From Alphaproteobacteria bacterium (GTDB lineage: Bacteria > Pseudomonadota > Alphaproteobacteria > GCA-2731375): a stretch of DNA of 64,000 nt. Below the pieces are notes generated by a model. The model was not told the origin of the DNA, searched no databases, and saw only the letters and a list, made by a program, of their open reading frames with translations. Location: contig CBDDPY010000002.1 of assembly GCA_965232515.1 (NCBI GenBank), positions 3,456,001 to 3,520,000 on the forward strand, in the 5' to 3' direction. Of the stretch, positions 1-10,600 are shown one piece after another (within the stretch, counting starts at the first letter, position 1; every line of letters begins with the position of its first letter). Position numbers and translations under genes: made by a program.

Positions 1-2
1 GC

Positions 3-581
3 GCTGCCCGCATCGACCTGATCGCGCATTCCTGGGGCACGATCCCGGCGCGCCTGTTCGCAGCGCAACGGCCCGACCTGGTGCGCCGGCTGGCGCTGTT
101 CGGGCCGATCGTATGTCGGGACGGGCCTGCCAAGCCAAGGATCACGGCGCCCTGGCGTCTGGTGACGGCGGACGATCAACGCAGGCGTTTCCTGGGCTAC
201 GTGCCGAGCGGTCACGCGCCGCTGCTGGCCGACCGGCACTTCGCGCGCTGGGCCGCGGCCTATCTCGATTCCGATCCGTACGCCCGCAACCGGACGCCGG
301 CGGCGGTGAAAATCCCCACCGGTCCCGCCGCCGATATCCAGGATACCTGGTCCGGCGAACGGCTCTACCCGTCCGCTTCGATAACCGCCGAGACCGCCAT
401 CCTACGCGGCGAATGGGACAGCCTCTGCACGGACGCGGACGCCGCGAACCTGACCGCCGAGCTGACGGCGGCGCGGGCGGTGCATGACATCAAGCTGCCG
501 GCCGGCACCCATGTCATGCACCTCGAGACCGGCCGGATGCGGCTGTGGGACGCCGCCGCCCGCTTCCTGCACGCCGGCTAA
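3..581 (+). CDS. alpha/beta hydrolase, 5'-truncated by window edge
   Basis: Frame open from base 3. Encodes DLIAHSWG (nucleophile elbow), RGEWD (acid) and GTHVMHLE (His). Confidence 0.8.
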   Translation, partial: AARIDLIAHSWGTIPARLFAAQRPDLVRRLALFGPIVCRDGPAKPRITAPWRLVTADDQRRRFLGYVPSGHAPLLADRHFARWAAAYLDSDPYARNRTPAAVKIPTGPAADIQDTWSGERLYPSASITAETAILRGEWDSLCTDADAANLTAELTAARAVHDIKLPAGTHVMHLETGRMRLWDAAARFLHAG

Positions 582-587
582 TTCAAG

Positions 588-651
588 TTCCGGTGACAGT
601 AACCGTAACTCTGGAAGCGAAGCACGCGAATTACGGTTACTGTCACCGGAA
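588..651. repeat. REP-like intergenic palindrome
   Basis: Perfect 21-bp inverted repeat TTCCGGTGACAGTAACCGTAA (588-608) / TTACGGTTACTGTCACCGGAA (631-651) with a 22-nt spacer. Confidence 0.85.
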
Positions 652-746
652 TTAAGTTCCTGCGGGTGTGGTCGGAAGGAGTCGCTGGGTCGGGTAGGCG
701 GTGGTATCGTTTTTGGTCGGGGACGTCGCTTGTCGGGGGAGCGGAG

Positions 747-1844
747 ATGGCGGTCGAAAGTCTGACGCTGCGGAACATTCGTGCGCGGCCGGTGCTGTTG
801 GCGCTGGCGCGGCCGGTGGTGGCGCGGATCGCCACCATTACCGAGTGGCCGTTGATCCTGATCGATCTGGAGACCGAAGAAGGCATCACCGGGCGGGCCT
901 ACCTCGAACCCTATGTGCCGAAGGCCATGCGCTATCTGGTGCCGGCGTTGCACGATCTGGGCGAGATGCTGAAGGGCAAGAGGGTGGCGCCGGTCGAGTT
1001 CTACGATGCCGGCCGCAAGTCATTGCATTTCGTCGGCTACGAGGGGCTGTCGATGATCGCCGTCGCCGGGCTCGACATGGCCGCCTGGGACGCGCTGGCG
1101 CGGGCCGCCGACGTGCCGCTCTGCGTGCTGCTGGGCGGCAGCACCGGTCCGGTGCCGGCCTATAACAGCAACGGGCTGTGGCTGAAGGAACCGGCTGAAA
1201 TCGGGGCCGAGGCCGTCGAGCTGCGCGACGAAGGCGGCTTCAAGGGCCTGAAGCTGCGCATGGGGCGCGAGCGGGTGGCCGACGACCTGGCGGCGCTCGA
1301 CGCGGTCCGCGAGGCCGTCGGCGACGACATGGCCGTTATGGTCGACTTCAATCAGGGCCTGCATCTGGGCGAGGCGTTGCAGCGCTGCCACGCGATCGAC
1401 AATTACGGCCTCGCCTGGATCGAGGAGCCGGTCGTTTACGACAATTTCGAAGGCTATGCGCAGCTCGCGGCCGAGCTGAAGACGCCACTGCAGATCGGCG
1501 AGAATTTCTATGGGCCCCGCGATCTCTACAAGGCCGTGCGCATGCATGCCTGCGATCTGGTGATGCCCGACTTCATGCGCATCGGCGGCGTCACCGGCTG
1601 GCTGCAGGCCGCCGGCATCGCGGCCGCCGCCGGCCTGCCGATGTCGACGCATCTCTATCCGGAAGTCGGCGCGCATGTGATGCGGGTGACGGAGACGGCG
1701 CATTGGCTGGAATGGCAGAGCTGGGCCGACCCGATCCTGCAGCAGCCCTATGACATCAGCGGCGGCGACGTCCACATACCGGACAAGCCGGGCCTGGGCC
1801 TGGACTGGGACGAGGATGCCGTCGCCGCCCACCTCGTCGAATAG
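747..1844 (+). CDS. mandelate racemase / enolase superfamily enzyme
   Basis: AGLDMAAWDA, KxR, MVDFNQ, WIEEP, GEN and MPD motifs. GGAG-type RBS just before ATG 747. Confidence 0.85.
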   Translation: MAVESLTLRNIRARPVLLALARPVVARIATITEWPLILIDLETEEGITGRAYLEPYVPKAMRYLVPALHDLGEMLKGKRVAPVEFYDAGRKSLHFVGYEGLSMIAVAGLDMAAWDALARAADVPLCVLLGGSTGPVPAYNSNGLWLKEPAEIGAEAVELRDEGGFKGLKLRMGRERVADDLAALDAVREAVGDDMAVMVDFNQGLHLGEALQRCHAIDNYGLAWIEEPVVYDNFEGYAQLAAELKTPLQIGENFYGPRDLYKAVRMHACDLVMPDFMRIGGVTGWLQAAGIAAAAGLPMSTHLYPEVGAHVMRVTETAHWLEWQSWADPILQQPYDISGGDVHIPDKPGLGLDWDEDAVAAHLVE

Positions 1845-1877
1845 CCGCAACGTTCACGCGAAAGGGAGATCCGACCG

Positions 1878-2897
1878 ATGCCCGCCAAACACCCCGCTTT
1901 CAAGGTCGCCGCCGTGCAGGCGGCGCCGGTGTTTCTCGATCTCGAGGCCACGGTCGACAAGGCCGTCGGGCTGATCGAGGAAGCCGGCGGCAACGGCGCC
2001 AAGCTGATCGCCTTTCCCGAGACCTGGATTCCCGGCTATCCCTGGTGGATCTGGCTGGGCGCACCGGCCTGGGGCATGCAGTTCGTGCAGCGCTATCACG
2101 ACAACGCGCTGGTCCTGGGCAGCGCGGAGGACCTGCGCATTCGCGAGGCGGCGCGGAAGGCCGGCCTGCATGTGGTGCTGGGCTACAGCGAGAAGGACGG
2201 CGGCAGCCTCTATATGGGCCAGTCCCTGATCGATGCCGACGGCGAGGTGATCGCCACGCGCCGCAAGCTGAAGCCGACGCATGTCGAGCGCACGGTGTTC
2301 GGCGAGGGCGACGGCAGCGACCTCGCGGTCTACGAGACCGGCATCGGCCGGCTGGGCGCGCTCTGCTGTTGGGAGCATCTGCAGCCGCTGACGAAATACG
2401 CCATGTTCTCCATGCACGAGCAGGTGCACGTGGCGTCCTGGCCGAGCTTCAGCCTCTATCGCGGCATGGCCTATGCGCTGGGCCCCGAGCTGAACAACGC
2501 GGCGAGCCAGATGTATGCCGCCGAGGGCCAATGCTTCGTGCTGGCGCCGTGCGCCACGGTGTCGCCGGAGATGATCGAGATGCTGGCCGACACCGACGAC
2601 AAGAAGGCCATGCTGAAGCCCGGCGGCGGATTCGCCATGATCTACGGTCCCGACGGCAGCCCGCTGAACGAACGCCTGCCGGAAGACCAGGAAGGCCTGA
2701 TCTATGCCGATATCGATTTGGGCATGATCTCGCTGGCGAAATCGGCGGCCGATCCGGTGGGGCATTATTCGCGGCCCGACGTGACCCGCCTGATGCTGAA
2801 CACGACGCCGGCCTCGCGAGTCGAGCGCATGGCGACGCCGATCCAGGACGTCGAGCCCAGCCACGCGGATGCCGAGCCGGCCGCCAGCGAGAGCTGA
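1878..2897 (+). CDS. nitrilase (carbon-nitrogen hydrolase)
   Basis: Catalytic triad motifs [21 protein letters not shown] and LCCWEH, plus C-terminal [11 protein letters not shown]. Confidence 0.92.
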   Translation: MPAKHPAFKVAAVQAAPVFLDLEATVDKAVGLIEEAGGNGAKLIAFPETWIPGYPWWIWLGAPAWGMQFVQRYHDNALVLGSAEDLRIREAARKAGLHVVLGYSEKDGGSLYMGQSLIDADGEVIATRRKLKPTHVERTVFGEGDGSDLAVYETGIGRLGALCCWEHLQPLTKYAMFSMHEQVHVASWPSFSLYRGMAYALGPELNNAASQMYAAEGQCFVLAPCATVSPEMIEMLADTDDKKAMLKPGGGFAMIYGPDGSPLNERLPEDQEGLIYADIDLGMISLAKSAADPVGHYSRPDVTRLMLNTTPASRVERMATPIQDVEPSHADAEPAASES

Positions 2898-2909
2898 CCG
2901 GAGGTTGCC

Positions 2910-3362
2910 TTGGCGCTTCCGTTGAGACGGGCAACGGACGACGACGCGCCAGCGGTCCGGGCTGTCGTGCGCGCGGCCTACGCCAAGTACGTTCCGCGCA
3001 TGGACCGTGAGCCGATGCCGATGACGGCCGACTATGCGCAGGCCGTGCGAGACAATCAGGTCTGGCTGGCCGGCGAATCGCCCGATATCGACGCCATACT
3101 GGAGCTGGTGCCGGAGGCGGATCATCTGCTGGTCGCGAACATCGCCGTGCACCCGGATCGCCAGGGCGCCGGCCTGGGCCGGCAATTGCTGGCGTTCGCC
3201 GAGACGGAGGCGAAACGGCAGGGCTTCGACGAACTCAGGCTCTACACGCATATCACCATGACCGAGAATGTGACGATGTACGAACATCTCGGCTGGGAAG
3301 AGACCCACCGCGGCGGCCAGGACGGCTTCGAACGCGTGTTCATGCGGAAGTTTTTGCGCTAG
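2910..3362 (+). CDS. GNAT N-acetyltransferase
   Basis: NIAVHPDRQGAGLGRQLL acetyl-CoA motif A and N..MYEHLGW. Confidence 0.88.
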   Translation: MALPLRRATDDDAPAVRAVVRAAYAKYVPRMDREPMPMTADYAQAVRDNQVWLAGESPDIDAILELVPEADHLLVANIAVHPDRQGAGLGRQLLAFAETEAKRQGFDELRLYTHITMTENVTMYEHLGWEETHRGGQDGFERVFMRKFLR

Positions 3363-3384
3363 CCGGCCGTCTCCCACCCAGGCG

Positions 3385-3435
3385 CTGTCGCGAAAGCGCC
3401 TCGCAAGCTTCATTGCGCTGTCACAAATCCGTCAG
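3385..3435 (+). promoter_or_regulatory. PHO box (PhoB binding)
   Basis: Heptamers in 11-bp phase resembling CTGTCAT: CTGTCGC 3385, GCTTCAT 3407, CTGTCAC 3418, CCGTCAG 3429. They lie upstream of phnC. Confidence 0.75.
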
Positions 3436-3529
3436 CCTCCCCTCGTAGCCTGCCGGCCAGATTGGTGACGCGTGTAATTCGTTCGCGGTCCGGGCGGCGG
3501 CGATGGCGCGGTCGGCATGGAGACCTGCG

Positions 3530-4348
3530 ATGCTGAGCTTGACGTCGACCTCGAAGCACTATGGCGCCGTGATCGCGGTCGACGACGTGACGTTGCGCAT
3601 ACCCAACGGTCAGATGGTCGGCGTGATCGGCCGCTCCGGCGCCGGAAAATCGACCTTGCTGCGGCTGATCAACCGGCTGATCGATCCGACCACCGGCGCG
3701 ATCAGCTATGACGGCGCCGAGGTATCGCGCCTGCGCGGGCGGGGCTTGCGCGACTGGCGGGCGAACTGCGCGATGATCTTTCAGCAGTTCAATCTGGTGA
3801 ACCGGCTGGACGTGATCACCAACGTGCTGGTCGGCCGCATCGGCTACAAGGCGACGCTGCCGACACTCGCCAAGCATTTCAGCGCCGAGGAACGGGCCGT
3901 CGCGGTACGTGCGCTCGACCGCCTGGACCTGCTGCCACAGGCCCTGCAGCGGGCCGACACGCTGTCCGGCGGTCAGCAGCAACGGGTCGCCATCGCCCGC
4001 GCGCTGGTGCAGGAACCGTCGATCATCCTGGCCGACGAGCCGATCGCCTCGCTCGATCCGGCGAACGCGACACGGGTGATGGAAGCGCTGTCGTCGATCA
4101 ACCGCGACGACGGCCTGACGGTGATCTGCAACCTGCACCACCTGGACACGGCCAAGCACTATTGCGACCGCATCATCGGCATGGCCCACGGCCGCATCGT
4201 CTTCGACGGCGCGCCGGCCGCGCTGACGCAAGCGGACGCGCGCGAGATCTATGGCGTCGACGGTACGGTCGACGAATGGGGCGGCGAGATGCGTCCCGTC
4301 GCGGTGCCGGGCGCGGCCGAGATGGAACCGGCCGCCGCCACCGCCTGA
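3530..4348 (+). CDS. phnC: phosphonate ABC transporter ATPase
   Basis: [33 protein letters not shown] and MIFQQFNLV motifs. Confidence 0.92.
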   Translation: MLSLTSTSKHYGAVIAVDDVTLRIPNGQMVGVIGRSGAGKSTLLRLINRLIDPTTGAISYDGAEVSRLRGRGLRDWRANCAMIFQQFNLVNRLDVITNVLVGRIGYKATLPTLAKHFSAEERAVAVRALDRLDLLPQALQRADTLSGGQQQRVAIARALVQEPSIILADEPIASLDPANATRVMEALSSINRDDGLTVICNLHHLDTAKHYCDRIIGMAHGRIVFDGAPAALTQADAREIYGVDGTVDEWGGEMRPVAVPGAAEMEPAAATA

Positions 4349-4392
4349 TCCCCATCACTGTTGCAGCAACCCCCTGGCAAAGGAGAGCCGAC

Positions 4393-5307
4393 ATGCAACT
4401 GACCCGACGATTCCTGATCACGGCCACGGCGGCCGCGGTCTGCATGGGCGCCGGCGCCGCGACGGCCGGCGACTGGCGGACGAAGTATCCCGAGCTGACG
4501 CTGGGTGTGATCACCTCGGAGAACGAGGCCGACCGCATCGCGCGCTACAAGCCGGTGCGCGAATACCTGGAGCGCGAGCTGGGCGTCGCCATCAAATGGC
4601 GCACGGCGACCGACTATGCCGGCATCATCGAGGGCGTGAAGGCCGGCAAGATCGAGATCGCCCGCTTCGGTCCGGCGTCCTATGCCAAGGCCTGGATGGT
4701 GACCGGCGGCAAGGTCGTGCCGATGGTCGGCGAGCTCGATAAGAACGGCAATTTCGGCTACCACGCGGTGGTCGTGGTGCGCGCCGACAGCCCCTATCAG
4801 AACATCGACGACCTGAAGGGCAAGAAGCTGGCCTTCGCCGACCCGAACTCGACCTCGGGCCACCAGGCCCCACGTTTCTTCATGACCGAGGCCGGCTACG
4901 ATCCGGACGCGTTTTTCGGCGAGACCGGCTTTTCCGGCAGCCACGAGAACAGCGTCATGGCGGTGCTGAACGGCACCTACGATGCCGCCGCCACCTGGTG
5001 GCGCGACGAGACCCGCTCGAACCCGAAGCGGATGGAAGACAAGGGCATGATCGAGCCCGGCCAGTGGCGGGTGATCTGGAAATCGCCGAAGCTGCCGGCG
5101 AGCCCCTGGGCGATGTCGACCAACCTGCCCGACCAGATGCGGGCCGACGTGCAGAACGTCCTCTACAACATGAAGGACAAGGACCCGAACGCCTGGCAGT
5201 CGCTGACCGACGGCAAGGCCAGCGGCTACCGCAAGGTGACGCACGAGGACTATGAAGGCATCGTGCGCATGATCAAGGCCAACCAGGCGAAGCGCCGCAC
5301 AGGTTGA
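4393..5307 (+). CDS. phnD: phosphonate ABC transporter substrate-binding protein
   Basis: Signal peptide, DYAGIIE, FADPNSTSG and GSHE motifs. AGGAG RBS before ATG 4393. Confidence 0.9.
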   Translation: MQLTRRFLITATAAAVCMGAGAATAGDWRTKYPELTLGVITSENEADRIARYKPVREYLERELGVAIKWRTATDYAGIIEGVKAGKIEIARFGPASYAKAWMVTGGKVVPMVGELDKNGNFGYHAVVVVRADSPYQNIDDLKGKKLAFADPNSTSGHQAPRFFMTEAGYDPDAFFGETGFSGSHENSVMAVLNGTYDAAATWWRDETRSNPKRMEDKGMIEPGQWRVIWKSPKLPASPWAMSTNLPDQMRADVQNVLYNMKDKDPNAWQSLTDGKASGYRKVTHEDYEGIVRMIKANQAKRRTG

Positions 5308-5320
5308 TGACAAGCGTAAG

Positions 5321-5362
5321 CCGGGATCGGCCGTCGGCATCCGTGACGACGGCCGATCCCGG
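5321..5362 (+). other. intercistronic stem-loop after phnD
   Basis: Perfect 16-bp inverted repeat CCGGGATCGGCCGTCG / CGACGGCCGATCCCGG, with no U-tract. Confidence 0.75.
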
Positions 5363-5386
5363 ACCTGCTCCGGCCATCAAACCTTC

Positions 5387-6274
5387 ATGACAAACACGAT
5401 TCAGGCGACCGGCGGCGGCGATCCGGTTGCGGCGTTCGAGGCGGCGCGGGATGCCGCGCGGCGCGCCAAACGATTGCAGACGGCTGCCGGCACCGCCCTC
5501 TTCGGGCTTGCGATCGCGGCGTCGGTCTATATCGGCGAGGTCCGGATCGACACCTTCGTCGAGGGCCTGCCGGGTTTCGCCAATTACCTGAACGACATCG
5601 CGCCGGTGCTGCGGCCGGGGCACCTGGCCGAGGACGTGGCGGAGTGGTACTGGGCGTTTCCCCGCTGGCTCGGTCTGCTCTGGGACACGGTGCTGATCGC
5701 TTTCGCCGGTACGCTGCTGGGCGGCATCGGCGCGCTCGTGTTCTGCTTCCCGGCCTCGCGCAACCTGATGCCGCACTATCCGGTCTATTTCGTCGCCCGC
5801 CGCCTGGCCGAGATCGCCCGCGCCGTACCGGAGCTAGTCTACGCGCTGATCTTCGTCTTCGCCTTCGGTCTGGGACCGCTGGCGGGCGTGCTGGCCATCG
5901 CCGTGCATACGGCCGGCGCGCTCGGCAAGCTGTTCGCCGAGGTCAATGAGAACGTCGACGCCAAACCGATCGAGGGCGTGATCGCGGCCGGCGGCAACTG
6001 GTTCCAGATGATCCGTTTCGCGGTGATCCCGCAGGTGCTGCCGAACTATACGAGCTACGGCCTGCTGCGCTTCGAGATCAACGTGCGTGGCGCGGCGGTG
6101 ATCGGTTTCGTCGGCGCCGGCGGCATCGGCCAGGAGCTGATGTTCGTGATCCGCGAGTTCATCTACACCGATGTCAGCGCGCTGGTGCTGATGATCGTCG
6201 CCGCCGTGGTCTGCATCGACATCTCCTGCGAGAAGCTGCGCCACTATCTGATCGGAGAGGAGGGCCTGTCGTGA
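5387..6274 (+). CDS. phnE: phosphonate ABC transporter permease
   Basis: GPLAGVLAIAVHT, GKLFAE and RFEINVR..VIGFVGAGGIG motifs. Confidence 0.92.
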   Translation: MTNTIQATGGGDPVAAFEAARDAARRAKRLQTAAGTALFGLAIAASVYIGEVRIDTFVEGLPGFANYLNDIAPVLRPGHLAEDVAEWYWAFPRWLGLLWDTVLIAFAGTLLGGIGALVFCFPASRNLMPHYPVYFVARRLAEIARAVPELVYALIFVFAFGLGPLAGVLAIAVHTAGALGKLFAEVNENVDAKPIEGVIAAGGNWFQMIRFAVIPQVLPNYTSYGLLRFEINVRGAAVIGFVGAGGIGQELMFVIREFIYTDVSALVLMIVAAVVCIDISCEKLRHYLIGEEGLS

Positions 6275-7131
6275 CGCCGTCCGCGAACGGCCCGTCCTCG
6301 ACTGCGGCCTTGCGTCAACGCCACCCGCAACTGTTCGGCAAGACGCCGGCCGAAAAGCTGCGCGACCGGCTGATCATCGCCGCCGTCGTCGCGTTCAGCA
6401 TTTACGCCCTCGGCGCGACGGGCTTCTTCGATCTGGACAAGATCTTCGGCGGCCTCGGCAAGCTTGGGCACGTGCTCGGCTTCATGCTGCCACCGGCGCA
6501 TAACGGCTATTTCTGGGATTTCATGGGCGGCATCTTCGAGACGCTCGCCATGGCCTTCCTGGGTACGCTGCTGGCGGCGATCATGGGCGTGCCGCTGGGG
6601 TTCCTGGGCGCCAAGAACGTGGTGCCGCAATGGGTATTCCATTTCGGCCTGCGCCGGTTTTTCGACGGCATCCGCGGAATCGACCAGCTGATCTGGGCGC
6701 TGATCTTCATCAACGTCGTCGGTCTGGGGCCGTTCGCCGGTATCCTGGCGATCGCCGTCGGCGATACCGGCACCTTCGGCAAGCTGTTCGCCGAGGCGAT
6801 CGAGAATATCGACAAGCGTCAGGTCGAAGGCGTACGCGCCGCCGGCGGCAACAAGATCCAGGTCATCCGCTTCGGCATGCTGCCGCAGGTGTTTCCGGTG
6901 ATCCTGAGTCAGGTGCTCTATTACTTTGAATCAAATACCCGTTCGGCGACCATTCTGGGCATCGTCGGCGCCGGCGGCATCGGCCTGCAGCTCTCCGACC
7001 GCATCCGCGTCTACAACTGGGACGAGGCCGCCTTCATCATCCTGATGATCCTGGTGACCGTCGCGATTATCGACGTCATCTCGCGGCACGTGCGCGAGCG
7101 TTTCATCGGTAAGACCGAATACCGGCCATAG
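6271..7131 (+). CDS. phnE: phosphonate ABC transporter permease
   Basis: GPFAGILAI, GKLFAEAIE and FESNTRSATILGIVGAGGIG motifs. Confidence 0.92.
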   Translation: MTPSANGPSSTAALRQRHPQLFGKTPAEKLRDRLIIAAVVAFSIYALGATGFFDLDKIFGGLGKLGHVLGFMLPPAHNGYFWDFMGGIFETLAMAFLGTLLAAIMGVPLGFLGAKNVVPQWVFHFGLRRFFDGIRGIDQLIWALIFINVVGLGPFAGILAIAVGDTGTFGKLFAEAIENIDKRQVEGVRAAGGNKIQVIRFGMLPQVFPVILSQVLYYFESNTRSATILGIVGAGGIGLQLSDRIRVYNWDEAAFIILMILVTVAIIDVISRHVRERFIGKTEYRP

Positions 7132-7143
7132 GGCGGGGCGACG

Positions 7144-7440
7144 TTATGGCCCGCCGGGGCGCGAATCGATGATGTGCCGCTGGATATACTGATAGGTCCG
7201 GCGTTTCTGCTCCGCGGCGAACTGCTGGCGCATGCATTCGGAGAACGCCGGGGTTTCCGGCTCCAGGCCCCGTTCCCGACAGCTTTCCTCGAACCGTTCC
7301 TGAAGCGGGCGCGGCTCGGCGCAGCCCGCGATCAAGGCGACGGCGGCCAGCGCCACGATTCCCGCCGGGATCCGCCGAAATCGGCGTCCGGCCGGACCGA
7401 TCCAGGCGCGCGAACAACGATTTTGCATCGAGAGGCTCAT
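7144..7440 (-). CDS. small putative lipoprotein
   Basis: Hydrophobic stretch ending in lipobox LIAGC, followed by a C..G..P.T..F..C motif. Start codon uncertain. Confidence 0.55.
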   Translation of the reverse strand: MSLSMQNRCSRAWIGPAGRRFRRIPAGIVALAAVALIAGCAEPRPLQERFEESCRERGLEPETPAFSECMRQQFAAEQKRRTYQYIQRHIIDSRPGGP

Positions 7441-7601
7441 TTCGGCGGCTAGCTGGTATATGGCGACGACGATCCGGCATTCCCAGGCCCGCCGCGTTGA
7501 CCGGTATCAAACGCCGCCGTCAAAGCCTATGTCCGGCCGTTTAGCTGACATAGAATTGGCCTGGGTTAACTCTCGCGGGACACGACGCCAGGACGGCCGC
7601 C

Positions 7602-10600
7602 TTGAACCTGATCTGCGAAGCCTGCGCCTACGCCAATCCGCCGAACCACCGTTTCTGCGGCCAATGCGGCGCCGCCTTGACGGCGGCGCCCGAGCATCGG
7701 CGCGCATCGCCGGTCGATGGCGAGGCCGACACGACGCCATCGGACTTGCGTCGCGCGCTGGGCGGCGAGCGGAAACAGTTGACCGTCATGTTCGTCGAGA
7801 TCGTCGATAACGCCACACAGGGCGGCGACATCGATCCCGAACAGACGGCACGCCGTGTCGAGCAGGCCATCGGCCTGATGAAAACCGCCGCGCACCGCTA
7901 TGACGGCACGGTCAACCGGGTGCATGGCGAGGGCATGATGGCGCTGTTCGGCGCGCCGGTCGCACACGAGGATCACGCCGCGCGCGCCTGTTTCGCGGCG
8001 CTCGACATGCAGGAGGCGCTTGGCGGCAACGCGCTGCGCATTGGCCTCAATTCCGGCCCGGTAATGGTGCGGACGCTGGATACCGGGCTGTCGGCCAGCT
8101 ACGACGCCATGGGCCCGGCCGTGCATCTGGCCGCCCGCATGGGACAGCTGGCGCAGCCCGGCACGGTCTGCGCGACGCAGAGCACGGTGCTGCTGGCGCA
8201 GGGATTTATCGACGCCCGCCCGATCGGTCCGGTCAAGGTCAAGGGTCTGAGCGGCACCGTCGACGCCTTCGAGGTGACGGGCGGGGCCCGCATGCGCACG
8301 CCATGGCAGGCCCGGGCCCGGCATGGCCTGGCGAATTTCGTCAACCGCACGGCGGAGCTCGACGCGCTCGACGGCGCGCTCGACAGCGCGCTGTCGCGCC
8401 GCGGTCGCGTCGTCACGCTGATCGGCGAGCCGGGCATCGGCAAGTCGCGGCTGGTGCACGAGTTCACCCGCTCGGCGGCCGCGCGACACTGGACCGTGCA
8501 TGTCTGCGGCGGCACGCCGCACAGCAAGACGAGCGCGCATCTGCCGATCGGCGCCCTGCTCCGCTCCTGGTTCAGCCTGGAAGACGGCGACAGCGGCGAC
8601 GACGCCGCGCTGAAGGTGCGCGCCAAGATAAGCGCCCTCGACCGCCGGCTGCGGCCGCAACTGCCGGCGATCTATGCCGTTCTGGGCCTGCCCGCGACGG
8701 ACTCGACGTTCCTGTCGCTGGGGCCGGAGCAACGGCGCGACCGGATCGTCAATGCGGTCAGCGACATTTTCCTGCGCGAGGCCGAGCTGCATCCGCTGAT
8801 CCTGGTGTTCGAGGACCTGCACTGGATGGATTCGCTGACCCGGCTGGTCATCGACCGGCTGACGGCGCAACTGGCGATGGCGCGCATCCTGCTGCTGGCG
8901 ACGAGCCGGCCCGAGTTCGACGACACCTGGGCCGGCGCGGCGCATTATCAACGCCTGCAGCTCGATCCGCTGGACGACGACGCGGCGGCGGCGCTGCTCG
9001 ACGGACTGATCGGCCGGGACGCCGATCTGGAGCCGCTGAAGACGTTCCTGTCGCTGCGCGGCGAAGGCCTGCCGCTTTACCTGGAGGAAGCCATCCTGGC
9101 CCTGGTGGAGACCGGCGCGCTGGCCGGCAGCCATGGCGACTACCGCCTGGTATCCGAGTTCAAGACCACCGACGTGCCGGCCCGGCTGCACGCCATCCTG
9201 GCGGCCCGTATCGATCGCCTGTCGTTCGAGCACAAGCAGCTGCTGCAAACCGCCTCGGTGATCGGCAATAGCGTACCGCTGGACCTGCTGGCGCCGATGA
9301 GCGGTCTGTCCGACGGTCGTTTGAAGCAGGTCCTGGCCGACCTGCAGGCGGGCGATTTCATCCACGCCGACGCCGCCGCGCCGGAGCGCGCTTGCGCCTT
9401 CAAGCACGCGCTGATCCGCGACGTCGCCTATGACAGCGTGCTGCTGGACAAGCGCCGCGACCTGCATGCCGAGCTGGTGGACGTGATCGAAGTGGCGCAC
9501 GCAGACGCGCTCGACGCCCAGGTCGAGCTGCTGGCATTTCACGCCGAGCGCGGCGAGAAATGGCGCAAGGCCGTGACCTATCTGGACCGGGCGGCGAGCA
9601 AGGCCTTCGAGCGCACGGCGCTGGGCGAATCCGCGCAGCTGGCGCAGCAGGCGATCGAGATCCTGGACCGCCTGCCCGACGATTCCTGGAAGGCCGAACA
9701 GGCGATCGATCTGCGCCTCAAGGCGCGGACGGCGTTGAGCCCGACCGGGCGGCTGGACCTCGCCAATCATTACCTGGCCGAAGCCGAGACGCTGGCCGAG
9801 GCCGCCGCCGACGCCCGACGGCTGGCGCTGATCAATATCTCGAAAACGCAAGTGTTGAACTACGAGGGCAACGTGGAGGAGGCGATCGCGGCCGGTCATC
9901 GCGCCTGCGCCGCCGCCGGCCGCGTCGGCGACGAGAATATCCGCGTCGTCGCCGAGTTCTTCCTGTCGCAGGCGCATTTCTTCCACGGCGACTACCGGCG
10001 CACGATCGAGATCCTGACGCCCAATGCCGATCTGTTGTTGCGCGCCAAGTTCGCGCCACGGCTCGGCACCACGGGCACCGGCGCCGTGCTGTGTCTGATG
10101 ACACTGGCCCGCGCGCACGCCTTTATCGGCGAATTCGAGAACGCCTTCGCGCATGCCCGTTCGGCCTGGCGGGCGGCCGAGGAGGTCGACCGTCCGTTCG
10201 ATCAGGGGCTGGCCTGCCACGGCTGGGGCGTGGCGGCGCTGACCGCCGGGCAGTTGTCCGAGGCGGCCGAGGTCCTGAATCGCGGCCTGGAAATCTGTCA
10301 GACGCACGGCTTCCGCTCGCAATATCCCCTGCTGGCCGGGCCGCTGGGCTACACATTCGCGCTGCAGGGCGCGCACGCGGCGGCATTGCCGCTGTTGGAG
10401 AGCTCGGTCGCCGAATCGACGCAGGCCAACCTGATCTTCTTCGAAGCCTGGAGCACCGGCCTGCTGGCCGCCGCGCATCGGCTTGCCGGCGACGACGACC
10501 GGGCGTTGACCCGGGGGCGGCGGGCGCTGTCGCTGGCCGAAGAGCGCCGGTACGAATGGCTGAAGGTCTGGCTCTACCGCATGCTTGGCCGGCTGACGAC

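Noticed and set aside
7566-10478. Long antisense ORFs (970 aa here; also 44937-46607, 47391-49418 and others)
   Set aside because: These are shadow frames typical of high-GC coding DNA and contain no protein motifs.
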